Virus record (IMG/VR): IMGVR_UViG_3300032335_000777
Location: 1 to 64,000 of that record
From: a virus
Lineage: Duplodnaviria; Caudoviricetes
DNA: 64,000 nucleotides
Reading direction: 5' to 3' (one strand)
Shown: piece by piece, positions 26,512 through 36,700 of the stretch
How the letters are laid out: each line of letters opens with the position of its first letter
Numbering within the stretch: the stretch's first letter is position 1
Made by a program: the position numbers and the translations under genes
Notes under the pieces: generated by a model
What the model saw: only the letters and a program-made list of their open reading frames with translations
Told to the model about the DNA's origin: nothing
Database searches by the model: none

Positions 26512-29500
26512 AAGTTAAGTTTTTTAATTATGTTCTCAAGTTGTTCGATTCTTTCTTCCAACTTCATGATCTTGTAAATGTGAACCTGATGGTAATCAAC
26601 ATTGTAATAACCTTTCTCATCTGTTCGTATGGTTTGTGGAAGAACTTCTTTAACATTTTGTGCAGAATATCCAATGTTAATAACACTAGCATCTCCTTCT
26701 TTCCAATTAAAGTAGATTGGATTGATAGAGTCACAAGATCCTACAGTGCAGTGGATATCTTTTAAACGCTCATCAGAAGATTCGAAATAAGACGTAGCCC
26801 ACATGCAACCTGTAGCACAGAAGTTATTCCAATAGAATGTTGCAGAAACACCTCCTGATATACCTGCTCCTCCTCCACCAGAACAGTTTCCTGATATGTT
26901 ATTTCCACATCCACCAAGTACTGAAGAATGAGTACCTGAAGCTGTATTAGCTCTACCACCCGCAACTACTGCTTGAGCTCCAGAAGCAGTGTTGGCCCAA
27001 CCACCACCAACTGTCGAACGATATCCTGATGCACTACTACCAACACCTCCTGCAATAACACTTTCACTACTTGAAGTATTAAATGCTCCACCGCCAATAG
27101 CATTCCAATATCCTGAAATAGTGTTATTTCTTCCTCCTGCAATTGTTGACTGACAACCATTTATTGTATTTAGGCAACCACCACCAATTGTTGAGAATCC
27201 AGCATTTATAACACAATTATTTCCACCTCCTCCAACAAAAGAACGAATTGCTGAAGCAATATTGCTTATACCACCGCCTACAGCTGAATGATTTTGGTTA
27301 GCGGTATTACCTTGCCCTCCTGCCACTACAGACATGTAACCTGATGATGTGTTACTATCACCACCTCCTACAAAAGACCAGTTCCCCGTTGCACTATTTG
27401 ATGAGCCTCCTGCAACTACAGGTCTATATGTAGCATTTGCTGTATTACCCGTACCACCGCCTACGAAAGAACCATTACCTGCTGATACGTTTGCTTGACC
27501 TCCTGCTATAACACCATAAGTTGCTGATGTAGTGTTATTTAAACCACCTCCAATAGTTGAACAAACTCCTGAAGCTGTATTTCCTCTACCACCACCAACT
27601 GTTGAAGTCCCGCCAGTAGCACTATTTATATATCCACCACTTATAGTTGAAGCTACCCCACTAGCACTATTTAATCTACCCCCACCAACTGTACCACAGT
27701 TACCTGCTACGCCATTAACGCTACCTCCTGAAATTGTAGAATAAGTACCACTAGCAGTACTTGCATAACCACCTGCTACATTAGAGTATACACCAGAAGC
27801 AGTGTTAGCAAGTCCTCCTGCAACTGTTGAACTACCACCACCACATGCTTTATTAGAAGAGCCTCCACCAACTGTACCACAGCTAGCTGATGCAATATTA
27901 CTAATACCTCCACTAACAACAGCTCTTAATCCTGATGCAGTGTTGCCCTGTCCACCACCAACTGTTGCTGAATAGTTAGAGGCAGTATTACTATTTCCCC
28001 CACCTACTGTTGCAAACCAGTTGGTGTTTGTTGTGTTTGCACAACCACCACCAATAGTATTCCAGCATTGACTTGCATTGTTATTTTGACCTCCACTAAT
28101 AACAGAACGAGTTCCACTTGCGGTATTACTGCTACCTCCTCCAACAAATGCTCCATATCCACTTGCGGTGTTACTATTACCACCTACTACTGAAGAAAAA
28201 TATCCACCACTTGCTGTATTAGATTGACCACCACCTATGAACCCTCTATTACCACTAATACAGTTTGTCGTGCCTCCACCTATTGTAGACCATTGACCAT
28301 TCGCAGTGTTATTCTGACCACCTCCTATTGTTGAGCAGTTTCCTAAAGCATTGTTACCACTACCTCCACCTATAGTTGATACTGCACCACTTGCTGTATG
28401 TGAAACACCACCTCCTATAGTTGATGCGTGCGCATTAGCTGTATTCCCAAAACCTCCTGATACAGTTGCTCTGTAAACAGATGCTGTGTTGCATCCACCT
28501 CCACCAACAGTTGTACATTCAGCAGAAGATATATTACAAAGTCCTCCTCCAATAACTGAAGCAGTTCCTGTACCTCTGTTTTGGAAACCTCCACTGATTG
28601 TAGAAAGTCGACCTGCTGTGTGTAAAGTAGTAGGAGCTACAGAAAAAGTTGTACCATCAAACGTGCCACCTGATGTATTGTTACCCACACCACCTGCAAT
28701 AGTGACTCCTGCTACACAAGTAGCACCTAAACTATTACATATCCAATTACAAATACCACCACCTACAGTTGCTTGATTTCCATTTACACAGTTTCTGTAT
28801 CCCCCTGAAACAGTTGATCCATATCCTAAACTACTATTAAAATATCCTCCTGATACTACAGAATAATAGCCTGATGCTGTTGATTTGTTACCCCCTCCGA
28901 TAAAAGCAAATCTACAAGCCACACCCCCACAACCACCTGCAATAGATGACCAAATTCCAGAAGAAGTATTTCCTTGACCACCTCCAACAGTTGAACAAGC
29001 TCCTGATGCTGTGTTTGTTTGTCCTCCACTAACTGTTGAACGATAACCTGAAGCAGTATTGCTATCTCCCCCTCCAACAAAGCTTCTACCACCGCTAGCT
29101 GTATTTGATACCCCACCTGCAATAGTTGAAAAGTATGAACCACTTGCTGTATTGTTATTACCACCGCCTACTGTACTCGCACCACTTCCTGTAGCTCTGT
29201 TACAAATACCACCACCAATAGTTGATTGAGTTGATGTAGCGCAGTTTGTAATACCGCCACCTACAAAAGCATAAGTAGCAGAGGCTAAGTTTGAATTACC
29301 TCCTGCAATAACAGAAATATATCCTGATGCAGTATTATTAACACCAAATGCTACTGAAAATCCACCACTTGCTGTGTTGGTCCTACCTCCGACAACAGAA
29401 CAAGCTCCTGAAGCAACTGCTCCACAACCACCTACAACGGTTGAAGCATTTCCACTTGCAATGTTACCGCATCCACCACCTATAAAAGAGAAATTTCCAG

Positions 29501-32500
29501 ATACAGTGTTTTGTGCTCCCCCTGTTAAAGAAGAACATTTACCTGTTACAGAATTCAAGCTACCTGCAAGTATGGCTGAATAAGAATTACTAACTGTGTT
29601 TGTACCACCAACTACAACTGCTGATTCACTGGCAGCACCATTTAAAACATTTTTATATCCACCACCAATAAAGTTATATCCTCCTGATACAATACAGTTA
29701 CATATACCTCCAGCAATAGTTTGCCAAACACCTGTGTTAATAAGATTAAAACATCCACCACCAATAAATGATTGACAACCTGCATCGTTTCTATTGCAAA
29801 AACCTCCACCTACAACATTACCTAGTCCACTTGCTCTATTGTCATTACCACCACCTATTGTAGAACAAGCACCCGATGCTGTATTACTTACACCTCCTCC
29901 AACTACAGAGTGATTGTTTGATGATAAGTTTTGTTCTCCACCTGCTATAGTAGAAGCGTATCCACTTGCTGTGTTAACTTGACCTCCTGCCACAAATGAC
30001 CTTGGACCTGTGGCTCTATTTTGAAAACCACCACCTATCGTTGAATAAATACCTGCTGTGCAAACTGTTGGAGCTACTGTTGGTACACCATAAAGATTCC
30101 ATGTTCCACCTATCGTATTATTCCCAACACCACCTGCGATAGTTGCTCCTGTTACACAACAAGTTGCTAATGTGGTGCATATTTTATTCCAAGAACCACC
30201 ACCAACAGTAGACATGTCACCACAAGCGTGATTACACAAACCACCACCTGCAAATGAATATCTACCACTTGCTGAGTTTTGTTGTCCCCCACCCACTGTT
30301 GAATACCCACAGTTTGCTACGTTAAAATAACCACTACCTATAAACGTGCCCGCTGAAGTAGATGCATTACCTATGCCTGCTCCTACAAAAGCAAGACCGT
30401 TTGAAGCTGTGTTACAATTTCCACCCCCTACAAATGAACAAGCTCCTGATGCAACGTTAGTTAAACCACCAGCTACTGCTGCTCTTGCTCCTGAAGCTGT
30501 GTTTTGCTGACCCCCACCTACTGTTGACATATAGCCACTAGCAGTATGTAAATAGCCTCCACTTACTGTAGAGCAATTACCACTTGCTGTATTACATCTA
30601 CCACCTCCTATTGTAGATGCGTATCCTGAAGCCGTGTTTAAATTACCACCACTTACTGTTGAACAAGGGAAACATGCTCTATTAACACTACCACCACCAA
30701 TAAATGAATAATTCCCTGATGCAGTGCTGCAAAAACCACCTGACAAGGTTGAAAATAAACCACTTGCAGCATTAAATTCTCCTCCTCCTACAAATGTAGA
30801 TGCATTAGTTGCTCTATTACAGTTACCAGCAACTACTACTGATCTTGTTCCTGTAGCACAGTTTGCACATCCACCACCAATGAAAGAGGCATAATTTCCT
30901 GATACAGTATTTAAACACCCTCCAGCAATTGTAGAAAAAGCACCTGAAGCTGTATTAGATTGACCTCCTACTACAGAAGAACAATTTCCTGAAGCATTAT
31001 TACCTACCCCGCATCTAACAGAAGAATTTGTTCCTGCACCAAGGATGATGACAGCACTTGATCCAACGTTTATACCACTAGATCCAGATGTACCTGCTGT
31101 ACCTGATGTACCAGCAGTTCCTGATGTGCCAGAAGTTCCTGCATTACCAGACGTACCACTTGTACCTGCTGTACCACTGGTTGCACTACTTCCACTTGTT
31201 CCACTAGTTCCTCCACTACCATTAGTAGCTGATGTTCCAGAAGTTCCAGAGGTGGCAGAAGTTCCACTAGTTCCACTACTTCCTGCTGTACCGCTAGTTC
31301 CAGTTGTACCAGACGTACCAGTTGTGCCACTAGTTCCAGAGGTTCCACCTGTTCCATTAGTGCCACTTGTACCTGAACTTCCAGATGTTGCACTAGAGCC
31401 AGATGTACCAGAAGTTCCCGTAGTACCAGATGTTCCTGTAGTCCCACTAGTTCCGCTCGTACCTGTTGTACCACTTGATCCACTAATACCAGAAGTACCA
31501 GTGGTTCCTGATGTTCCTGTAGTTCCAGATGTACCAGAAGTGGAAGATGATCCAGAAGATCCTGAGCTTCCACTAGTACCTGATGTTCCAGAAGGAGGAG
31601 TGAATGTGGTTTGTGCGTATGAATAGTTACTTGTTCCTTCTGTATAGAATGTAATGTTTTGATTTACTGTTCCTGTGTGCTCTACATATAATTGACAGAA
31701 TAATCTGTCAGTAGAGTTCATTCCAGTTTGAGGTAGGAAAAGATCTGTGAAAAATTCTTTGATGACATTGGAAGTCATCACCTCAGTGTCAAGGTTAGTA
31801 GTTCCAAGAAGCGTTACACTTCCACCTGTAGAGTCACATTTGTAAAGCTCTACATCCACCTTTAAACTAACATTGGCATTTATTGAGAAGTGTGTTACCC
31901 AAGCCCAAAGTCCTGAAGGCAAGCTTATTACACCTGGATTGTTTGAATCTGTAGCATACGTAGCAAGTAGGGTTCTAGTATTAGGTGAAACACTTGCCAC
32001 TACAGTTTGCTCTGCTCCACCTGTAGCAGAACCAGACCATTGCTTATATGTAGGAGTGCCTATCGCACTGCTAGTATTTAATGATTGATTTAGATAGTAT
32101 ACAAGTCCTCCAGATACACCATTCACACCTGAGGAACCTGAGGAACCTGACGTACCTGATGTACCTGTTGTACCAGAGGTTCCTGTGGTTCCTGAACTAC
32201 CACTGCTGCCAGTAGTTCCACTAGAGCCACTAGTACCACTAGTTCCACTAGTACCACTGGTTCCATCAACTCCACTTGTTCCGCTGGTTGCAGATGTTCC
32301 AGAAGTACCACTAGTACTTGACGTTCCACTAGTACCGCTTGTACCCCCAGTACCATCTGTTGCAGAAGTACCACTTGTACCACTACTGCCAGATGTTCCT
32401 GTACTACCACTTGTGCCTGATGTCCCTGTGGTACCAGAAGAACCACTGGTGGCACTTGTACCACTAGTACCTGACGTACCTGCTGAACCATCTGTTCCAG

Positions 32501-33644
32501 AGCTTCCTGAAGTACCAGATGTACCTGAAGAACCAGAAGTACCGCTAGTTCCCCCCGTTCCATCAGTACCAGAAGTACCGCTTGTACCAGAAGTTCCACT
32601 AGTCGCAGATGTACCAGAGGTACCTGTCGTACCACTTGTACCAGTAGTACCGCTAGTACCGCTAGTTGCAGATGTACCACTTGAACCAGACGTACCTGTA
32701 CTACCGCTAGTACCAGAAGTACCTGTTGTTCCAGAAGTACCTGTTGTGCCAGACGTTCCTCCAGTACCATCTGTTCCTGATGTGCCAGTTGTACCACTGC
32801 TACCGCTTGTTCCTGTAGTACCTGATGTGCCACTGGTTCCGCTTGTTCCACTTGTACCGCTACTACCAGCTGTACCACTGGTTCCTGGATAATAACCAAG
32901 AATGTTTATAATGTCAGAAGCTGTTATTGGAGAAGCAGATGTAACTAGTCCTTTACCATTCACTGTAAACTTTAGAGGAGTGATGGTGTTGTATGGGTTT
33001 GGATTAACATTCTGCAATAGCAGAGTGATGTTACTTCCTGTGAATCCTGATCCAACAACATCACCAATGAAAGTTATTGGTAGTGGTGGTATAGTAACTG
33101 GTACAGGAGTGATGTTTGTAACTAAGCCTTTTGCGTTCACTGTTACAATTGGAATAGTGTTACCATTACCAAATGTTCCAGAGGCAAAGTTTACAGTGGC
33201 TAGCGTCATAGCTGCTACACCAGGACCTGAAGCTGTTGCATCTCCAGAGAGTCCAGTCATGTAATTGCCAGCTGGCTGATATGCTGTTGAATCTAATGTT
33301 CCATCACCCTTTACAAACTGTGAAGATGTTCCACCAGTGGTGATGTGTCTAGCAGCTTGTACGTTTCCTGTAAATGCTAGTGTAAAGTTTCCACCAATGG
33401 TGGTGTTTTGTATTAATGCACCACCAAGTTGTACAGGTTGGAATGGTGTAGGCTGAATCAAGCCATTTGTAAATGCGTATCCCACCCCAGCATTCTGAAA
33501 TGCTTGGTTAATCTTTATAATAATTGCCTCAAGGGTGTCATTGTTTTGTACACCTATATAAAGAAGACTCTCACCTGTGTAGAACACACAAGTGGAGTTG
33601 AGGAATAATGGGCAAGGTTCAGATCCGCAATATACTTCTGCCAT
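26508..33644 (-). CDS. Giant tail/capsid fibre: Gly-Thr-Ser collagen-like blocks, 15-aa beta-helix repeats, C-terminal peptidase S74 chaperone
   Basis: [10 protein letters not shown] fibre repeats, (G-T/S-S/T)n, N.ASG..S.V.GG repeats, SSDERLK...IGYSAQ.V. Confidence 0.85.
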   Translation of the reverse strand: MAEVYCGSEPCPLFLNSTCVFYTGESLLYIGVQNNDTLEAIIIKINQAFQNAGVGYAFTNGLIQPTPFQPVQLGGALIQNTTIGGNFTLAFTGNVQAARHITTGGTSSQFVKGDGTLDSTAYQPAGNYMTGLSGDATASGPGVAAMTLATVNFASGTFGNGNTIPIVTVNAKGLVTNITPVPVTIPPLPITFIGDVVGSGFTGSNITLLLQNVNPNPYNTITPLKFTVNGKGLVTSASPITASDIINILGYYPGTSGTAGSSGTSGTSGTSGTSGTTGTSGSSGTTGTSGTDGTGGTSGTTGTSGTTGTSGTSGSTGTSGSSGTSATSGTSGTTGTSGTTGTSGTSATSGTSGTSGTSGTDGTGGTSGTSGSSGTSGTSGSSGTDGSAGTSGTSGTSATSGSSGTTGTSGTSGSTGTSGSSGTSGTSATDGTGGTSGTSGTSSTSGTSGTSATSGTSGVDGTSGTSGTSGTSGSSGTTGSSGSSGTTGTSGTTGTSGTSGSSGSSGVNGVSGGLVYYLNQSLNTSSAIGTPTYKQWSGSATGGAEQTVVASVSPNTRTLLATYATDSNNPGVISLPSGLWAWVTHFSINANVSLKVDVELYKCDSTGGSVTLLGTTNLDTEVMTSNVIKEFFTDLFLPQTGMNSTDRLFCQLYVEHTGTVNQNITFYTEGTSNYSYAQTTFTPPSGTSGTSGSSGSSGSSSTSGTSGTTGTSGTTGTSGISGSSGTTGTSGTSGTTGTSGTTGTSGTSGSSATSGSSGTSGTNGTGGTSGTSGTTGTSGTTGTSGTAGSSGTSGTSATSGTSGTSATNGSGGTSGTSGSSATSGTAGTSGTSGNAGTSGTSGTAGTSGTAGTSGSSGINVGSSAVIILGAGTNSSVRCGVGNNASGNCSSVVGGQSNTASGAFSTIAGGCLNTVSGNYASFIGGGCANCATGTRSVVVAGNCNRATNASTFVGGGEFNAASGLFSTLSGGFCSTASGNYSFIGGGSVNRACFPCSTVSGGNLNTASGYASTIGGGRCNTASGNCSTVSGGYLHTASGYMSTVGGGQQNTASGARAAVAGGLTNVASGACSFVGGGNCNTASNGLAFVGAGIGNASTSAGTFIGSGYFNVANCGYSTVGGGQQNSASGRYSFAGGGLCNHACGDMSTVGGGSWNKICTTLATCCVTGATIAGGVGNNTIGGTWNLYGVPTVAPTVCTAGIYSTIGGGFQNRATGPRSFVAGGQVNTASGYASTIAGGEQNLSSNNHSVVGGGVSNTASGACSTIGGGNDNRASGLGNVVGGGFCNRNDAGCQSFIGGGCFNLINTGVWQTIAGGICNCIVSGGYNFIGGGYKNVLNGAASESAVVVGGTNTVSNSYSAILAGSLNSVTGKCSSLTGGAQNTVSGNFSFIGGGCGNIASGNASTVVGGCGAVASGACSVVGGRTNTASGGFSVAFGVNNTASGYISVIAGGNSNLASATYAFVGGGITNCATSTQSTIGGGICNRATGSGASTVGGGNNNTASGSYFSTIAGGVSNTASGGRSFVGGGDSNTASGYRSTVSGGQTNTASGACSTVGGGQGNTSSGIWSSIAGGCGGVACRFAFIGGGNKSTASGYYSVVSGGYFNSSLGYGSTVSGGYRNCVNGNQATVGGGICNWICNSLGATCVAGVTIAGGVGNNTSGGTFDGTTFSVAPTTLHTAGRLSTISGGFQNRGTGTASVIGGGLCNISSAECTTVGGGGCNTASVYRATVSGGFGNTANAHASTIGGGVSHTASGAVSTIGGGSGNNALGNCSTIGGGQNNTANGQWSTIGGGTTNCISGNRGFIGGGQSNTASGGYFSSVVGGNSNTASGYGAFVGGGSSNTASGTRSVISGGQNNNASQCWNTIGGGCANTTNTNWFATVGGGNSNTASNYSATVGGGQGNTASGLRAVVSGGISNIASASCGTVGGGSSNKACGGGSSTVAGGLANTASGVYSNVAGGYASTASGTYSTISGGSVNGVAGNCGTVGGGRLNSASGVASTISGGYINSATGGTSTVGGGRGNTASGVCSTIGGGLNNTTSATYGVIAGGQANVSAGNGSFVGGGTGNTANATYRPVVAGGSSNSATGNWSFVGGGDSNTSSGYMSVVAGGQGNTANQNHSAVGGGISNIASAIRSFVGGGGNNCVINAGFSTIGGGCLNTINGCQSTIAGGRNNTISGYWNAIGGGAFNTSSSESVIAGGVGSSASGYRSTVGGGWANTASGAQAVVAGGRANTASGTHSSVLGGCGNNISGNCSGGGGAGISGGVSATFYWNNFCATGCMWATSYFESSDERLKDIHCTVGSCDSINPIYFNWKEGDASVINIGYSAQNVKEVLPQTIRTDEKGYYNVDYHQVHIYKIMKLEERIEQLENIIKKLNL
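26870..31020 (-). repeat. Roughly 85-90 copies of a 15-aa Cys/Gly-rich beta-helix repeat
   Basis: Consensus N-x-A-S-G-x-x-S-x-[VI]-x-G-G-x-x in translation; count estimated from length. Confidence 0.85.
31070..31590 (-). repeat. Gly-X-Y (GTS) collagen-like repeat block 2
   Basis: 9-bp-period degenerate repeats encoding GTS/GTT/GSS. Confidence 0.9.
32123..32887 (-). repeat. Gly-X-Y (GTS) collagen-like repeat block 1
   Basis: About 250 aa of GTS/GTT/GSS triplets. Confidence 0.9.
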
Positions 33645-33665
33645 GTTTTTGTCGTCTTATGTTTT

Positions 33666-33719
33666 CAGAAAATACAAAACCTAGAGACTATTGTGCCCCT
33701 AGGTTTAGTTTATTTTCTG
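33666..33719 (-). terminator. Long hairpin between cargo operon and fibre gene
   Basis: CAGAAAATA..AAACCTAG / CTAGGTTT..TATTTTCTG. Confidence 0.55.
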
Positions 33720-33762
33720 TAGTTATGTAAAACTAATCAATATTGAGTTATTTCTCAATACA

Positions 33763-36700
33763 TTATCGTATTCCGTAGTTACTCTGCACTCTAATACCAA
33801 GATCTTTTGCCATGTCTGGATAGAACATAGGTAGGTAACCAATCATTTGGTTTGCAAATGGGAATGTTTTTGCTAAGTACTTTATCACCTTGGTGTCTTC
33901 AACAAGTTCTTCATCACCTATTCCTAATCCATACAATTCTACAAATGAGTTTTTAACTCCTTTGAAACCATTATTCAATATAGACATTGCTGGGAATGGT
34001 CCATTCCCTACAAGGTTCAATACTGATGTTGGATTGTAGAAATAGGAAACTTCATCAGATAGTTTATCTGCAAGTCTTCTTGCATAGTTGTATTGGTTCT
34101 TCACTATAGGATCTTCCTCATCATCTGGTGCAGCAGCAGCCATTCCAAATGTAAGTGCTGCAAGAGCAAGTACGAACATTGTATCGCGAGCAAATGCATT
34201 GACATTGCTTTGGAATAAATCCATAAACATCTCTTCAGTCATTTCTAACTTTCTTCCTGTTTCGAGCTCATACTTTTCAGCTCTCTTCTCAAAAGATTGT
34301 CTCATCAATTCTGCACCACGATCATTACCTGTTATCAAACCAAGCAACCCATCAAAATTTGTAAACAAGTTATCACGAAGAACAGACATCATCATGCGTG
34401 TTCTTCCCCACTCGTAAGCATCAGAAGCTGCATTGTATTTCAGTCCACCAAATCGAACATCAACAAGTCTAGGAATCCAGTTCTTGAACACCATGAATGA
34501 TTTTCCAAGAATGTTCATGTTGATTAGTCTCACATCATCTTCAGAAAGGTTACCCATAGCATCCTTGCTAAGTTGCTGTACCTTTCTTCTCACCTCAAGA
34601 ACACTGTTAGACATTCTTTCTACACCAGGAATAACAAACTCATTATTCTCAATTGTAGCAAGTTTCATTACACCTTTTTCTTCAACTAGCTTCTTGACAG
34701 CTTCTTCAAACTTCTCGTCAAATGCTTTTCTGTCTTGAGAGCTTCCAGACCATCTACCCTTGTATTCAGGAAGTGATCTTAGATATTCTCTAGCATTTAC
34801 CACCTTACCATCAATAACAACACTGTTATTTAAGAATGCTAAGAAGTTTGCTCCTTGTACAGTTCTATCAGCACTTCGCATCATCCACATTAGGAAGTCT
34901 TGGAATCCTTCTTCTGTTGCAAAGTTTGATGAGATTTTATTTGCTGTCTTCCCTTCAACAGCAATATTAGTTGAAAGTCTTTTAGCTAGGTCTCTATTGT
35001 AGTTATCTGTTAGAGGTTGGAAGTATTCAAAAGCTTTAAAAAACTTAGCTTTGTCTTCTCCACTAAACTTGTTTATAATCACTTGAGTCTCAGCAGCAAT
35101 GAAATCGTTCTTTGTAAAATACTTACCAGAGTTAATCACTGACTGGAATGTGCCACCAAGTCCGTTAGATATAGATGAGCCAAGGTTAAATCCTAATGTT
35201 GCAATTGAGAAAGAGTTGTTAAGGTTATCAACAATCTTATTGAGTGTAACTTGTCTTCCCTCTAAGTTTTCTGGGAATACATTTATTCCAAGTTTCTTAT
35301 TGATTGTTTCTCCCCACTTACCAATCTTGAATAGGGCAGCATCAAAGTTTTGATTGTCAATGTATCTCTGACCATAGATGATTGCTTTGATCATTGAATC
35401 TAGCAACTCGTAGTTACCTTCAGTGCTTTCTGGATTGTAAATAACATCACCTGTAACAGGGTCTCTTGCCACCTTACCAAGATTGTTAGTCATGATAGTC
35501 TTCTTATTCTTCTCCACTCTAGCAATCGCTCTAATCTGACCCTCAATCTCACTTACATATTTATATTTCAATGCAGCTTCATTGTACATTGACATAGTTC
35601 TGAATAAGTCTTCACTCAACACTGCATCAAATGGTGTAGTGAAGTATCTTGGAATGGTATTGATTGGTTTACCTGTTTCTGGATCTATTTGACCATATCC
35701 AACATCACCAGCATCAATAGATATACTTCTCCAGAATCTTTCACCAACATTAAGACTCTGTCCTTTTATTGCAGCTTCTACAAGAGAGCCTTCAACATAA
35801 GGCAAGAATATTCTTTCTTTCTGTTTTGATATATATCCTAAGTCAGCGTATTCTTTATTCTTCTCAACTATATAATCGTAGAATGCTTTTGCTGGAGCAT
35901 TCTCAGGCTTGTTCAAGTTTTTCCACTCTTCAGTTTGCCATTTTTCCAATGGAAACTTTTTAACAATATCATATAAGAACCATCCTTTAGATGAGTCTGT
36001 ATTGATGCTGTATAAGCGTTCAACATCACTAATCTCTCTAGTGATATCTTTTAGTATTTGTTCAGGAGTTCCTTTTCTATTTGGTTTATTTTTAACTTTC
36101 TCAATCTCTTCATTCTTCTTTTTCTCAAGAGCTTCTGACAATTGGCTAACATCTATATTATCCTTCATCCACTTAACATCACCATCTCTAGCTGCTTTCT
36201 TAGCTTCAGTGTAGAATTCTTTTTTGAATTGATTGATTAGTTCATTGCTGTCCTTCTTCTTTATCATTGAGAAGAATTCTTTCTGACTAATACCTTTTGA
36301 TTTTGCCCAAGCTAAGTAATCATCACGAAGCTTATCAAGCTTTGCATTTTCCACTTGCGTGGCTATAGTAGCCTTACCAAAGGCCATGTTAGCCTTCTTA
36401 AAAAGAAGCTGTATAGTTTTTACCTGAAGAGTAGATGTAGATGAGAAGAACTTTGCAAGACCTTTAACAATCTTTTCTGGGCTCAATACATCATTGAAGT
36501 TCTCACGTTTTGCAAGAACATCGTTTACAAAGTTTTTATTAACCTCTGTAAGTTCAGATATGTAATCGCTAGCAACATCTGATATGTCACGTAAACTATT
36601 TCTTAGGTCTGCATCATCAACAACATCTTTCAACAAGTTGTGAATATTGATATATGAGTTGAATGCATTCTGAACACTCTCCACTTCATCAGAGAAGTTG

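Noticed and set aside
31045-32899. Val/Pro/Leu-rich ORFs (31045-31626, 31070-31573, 32123-32899, 32185-32892)
   Set aside because: Shadow frames of the GTS repeats in the fibre gene
26508-33644. Diversity-generating retroelement or invertible fibre cassette
   Set aside because: No reverse transcriptase, recombinase or TR/VR pair seen in the window
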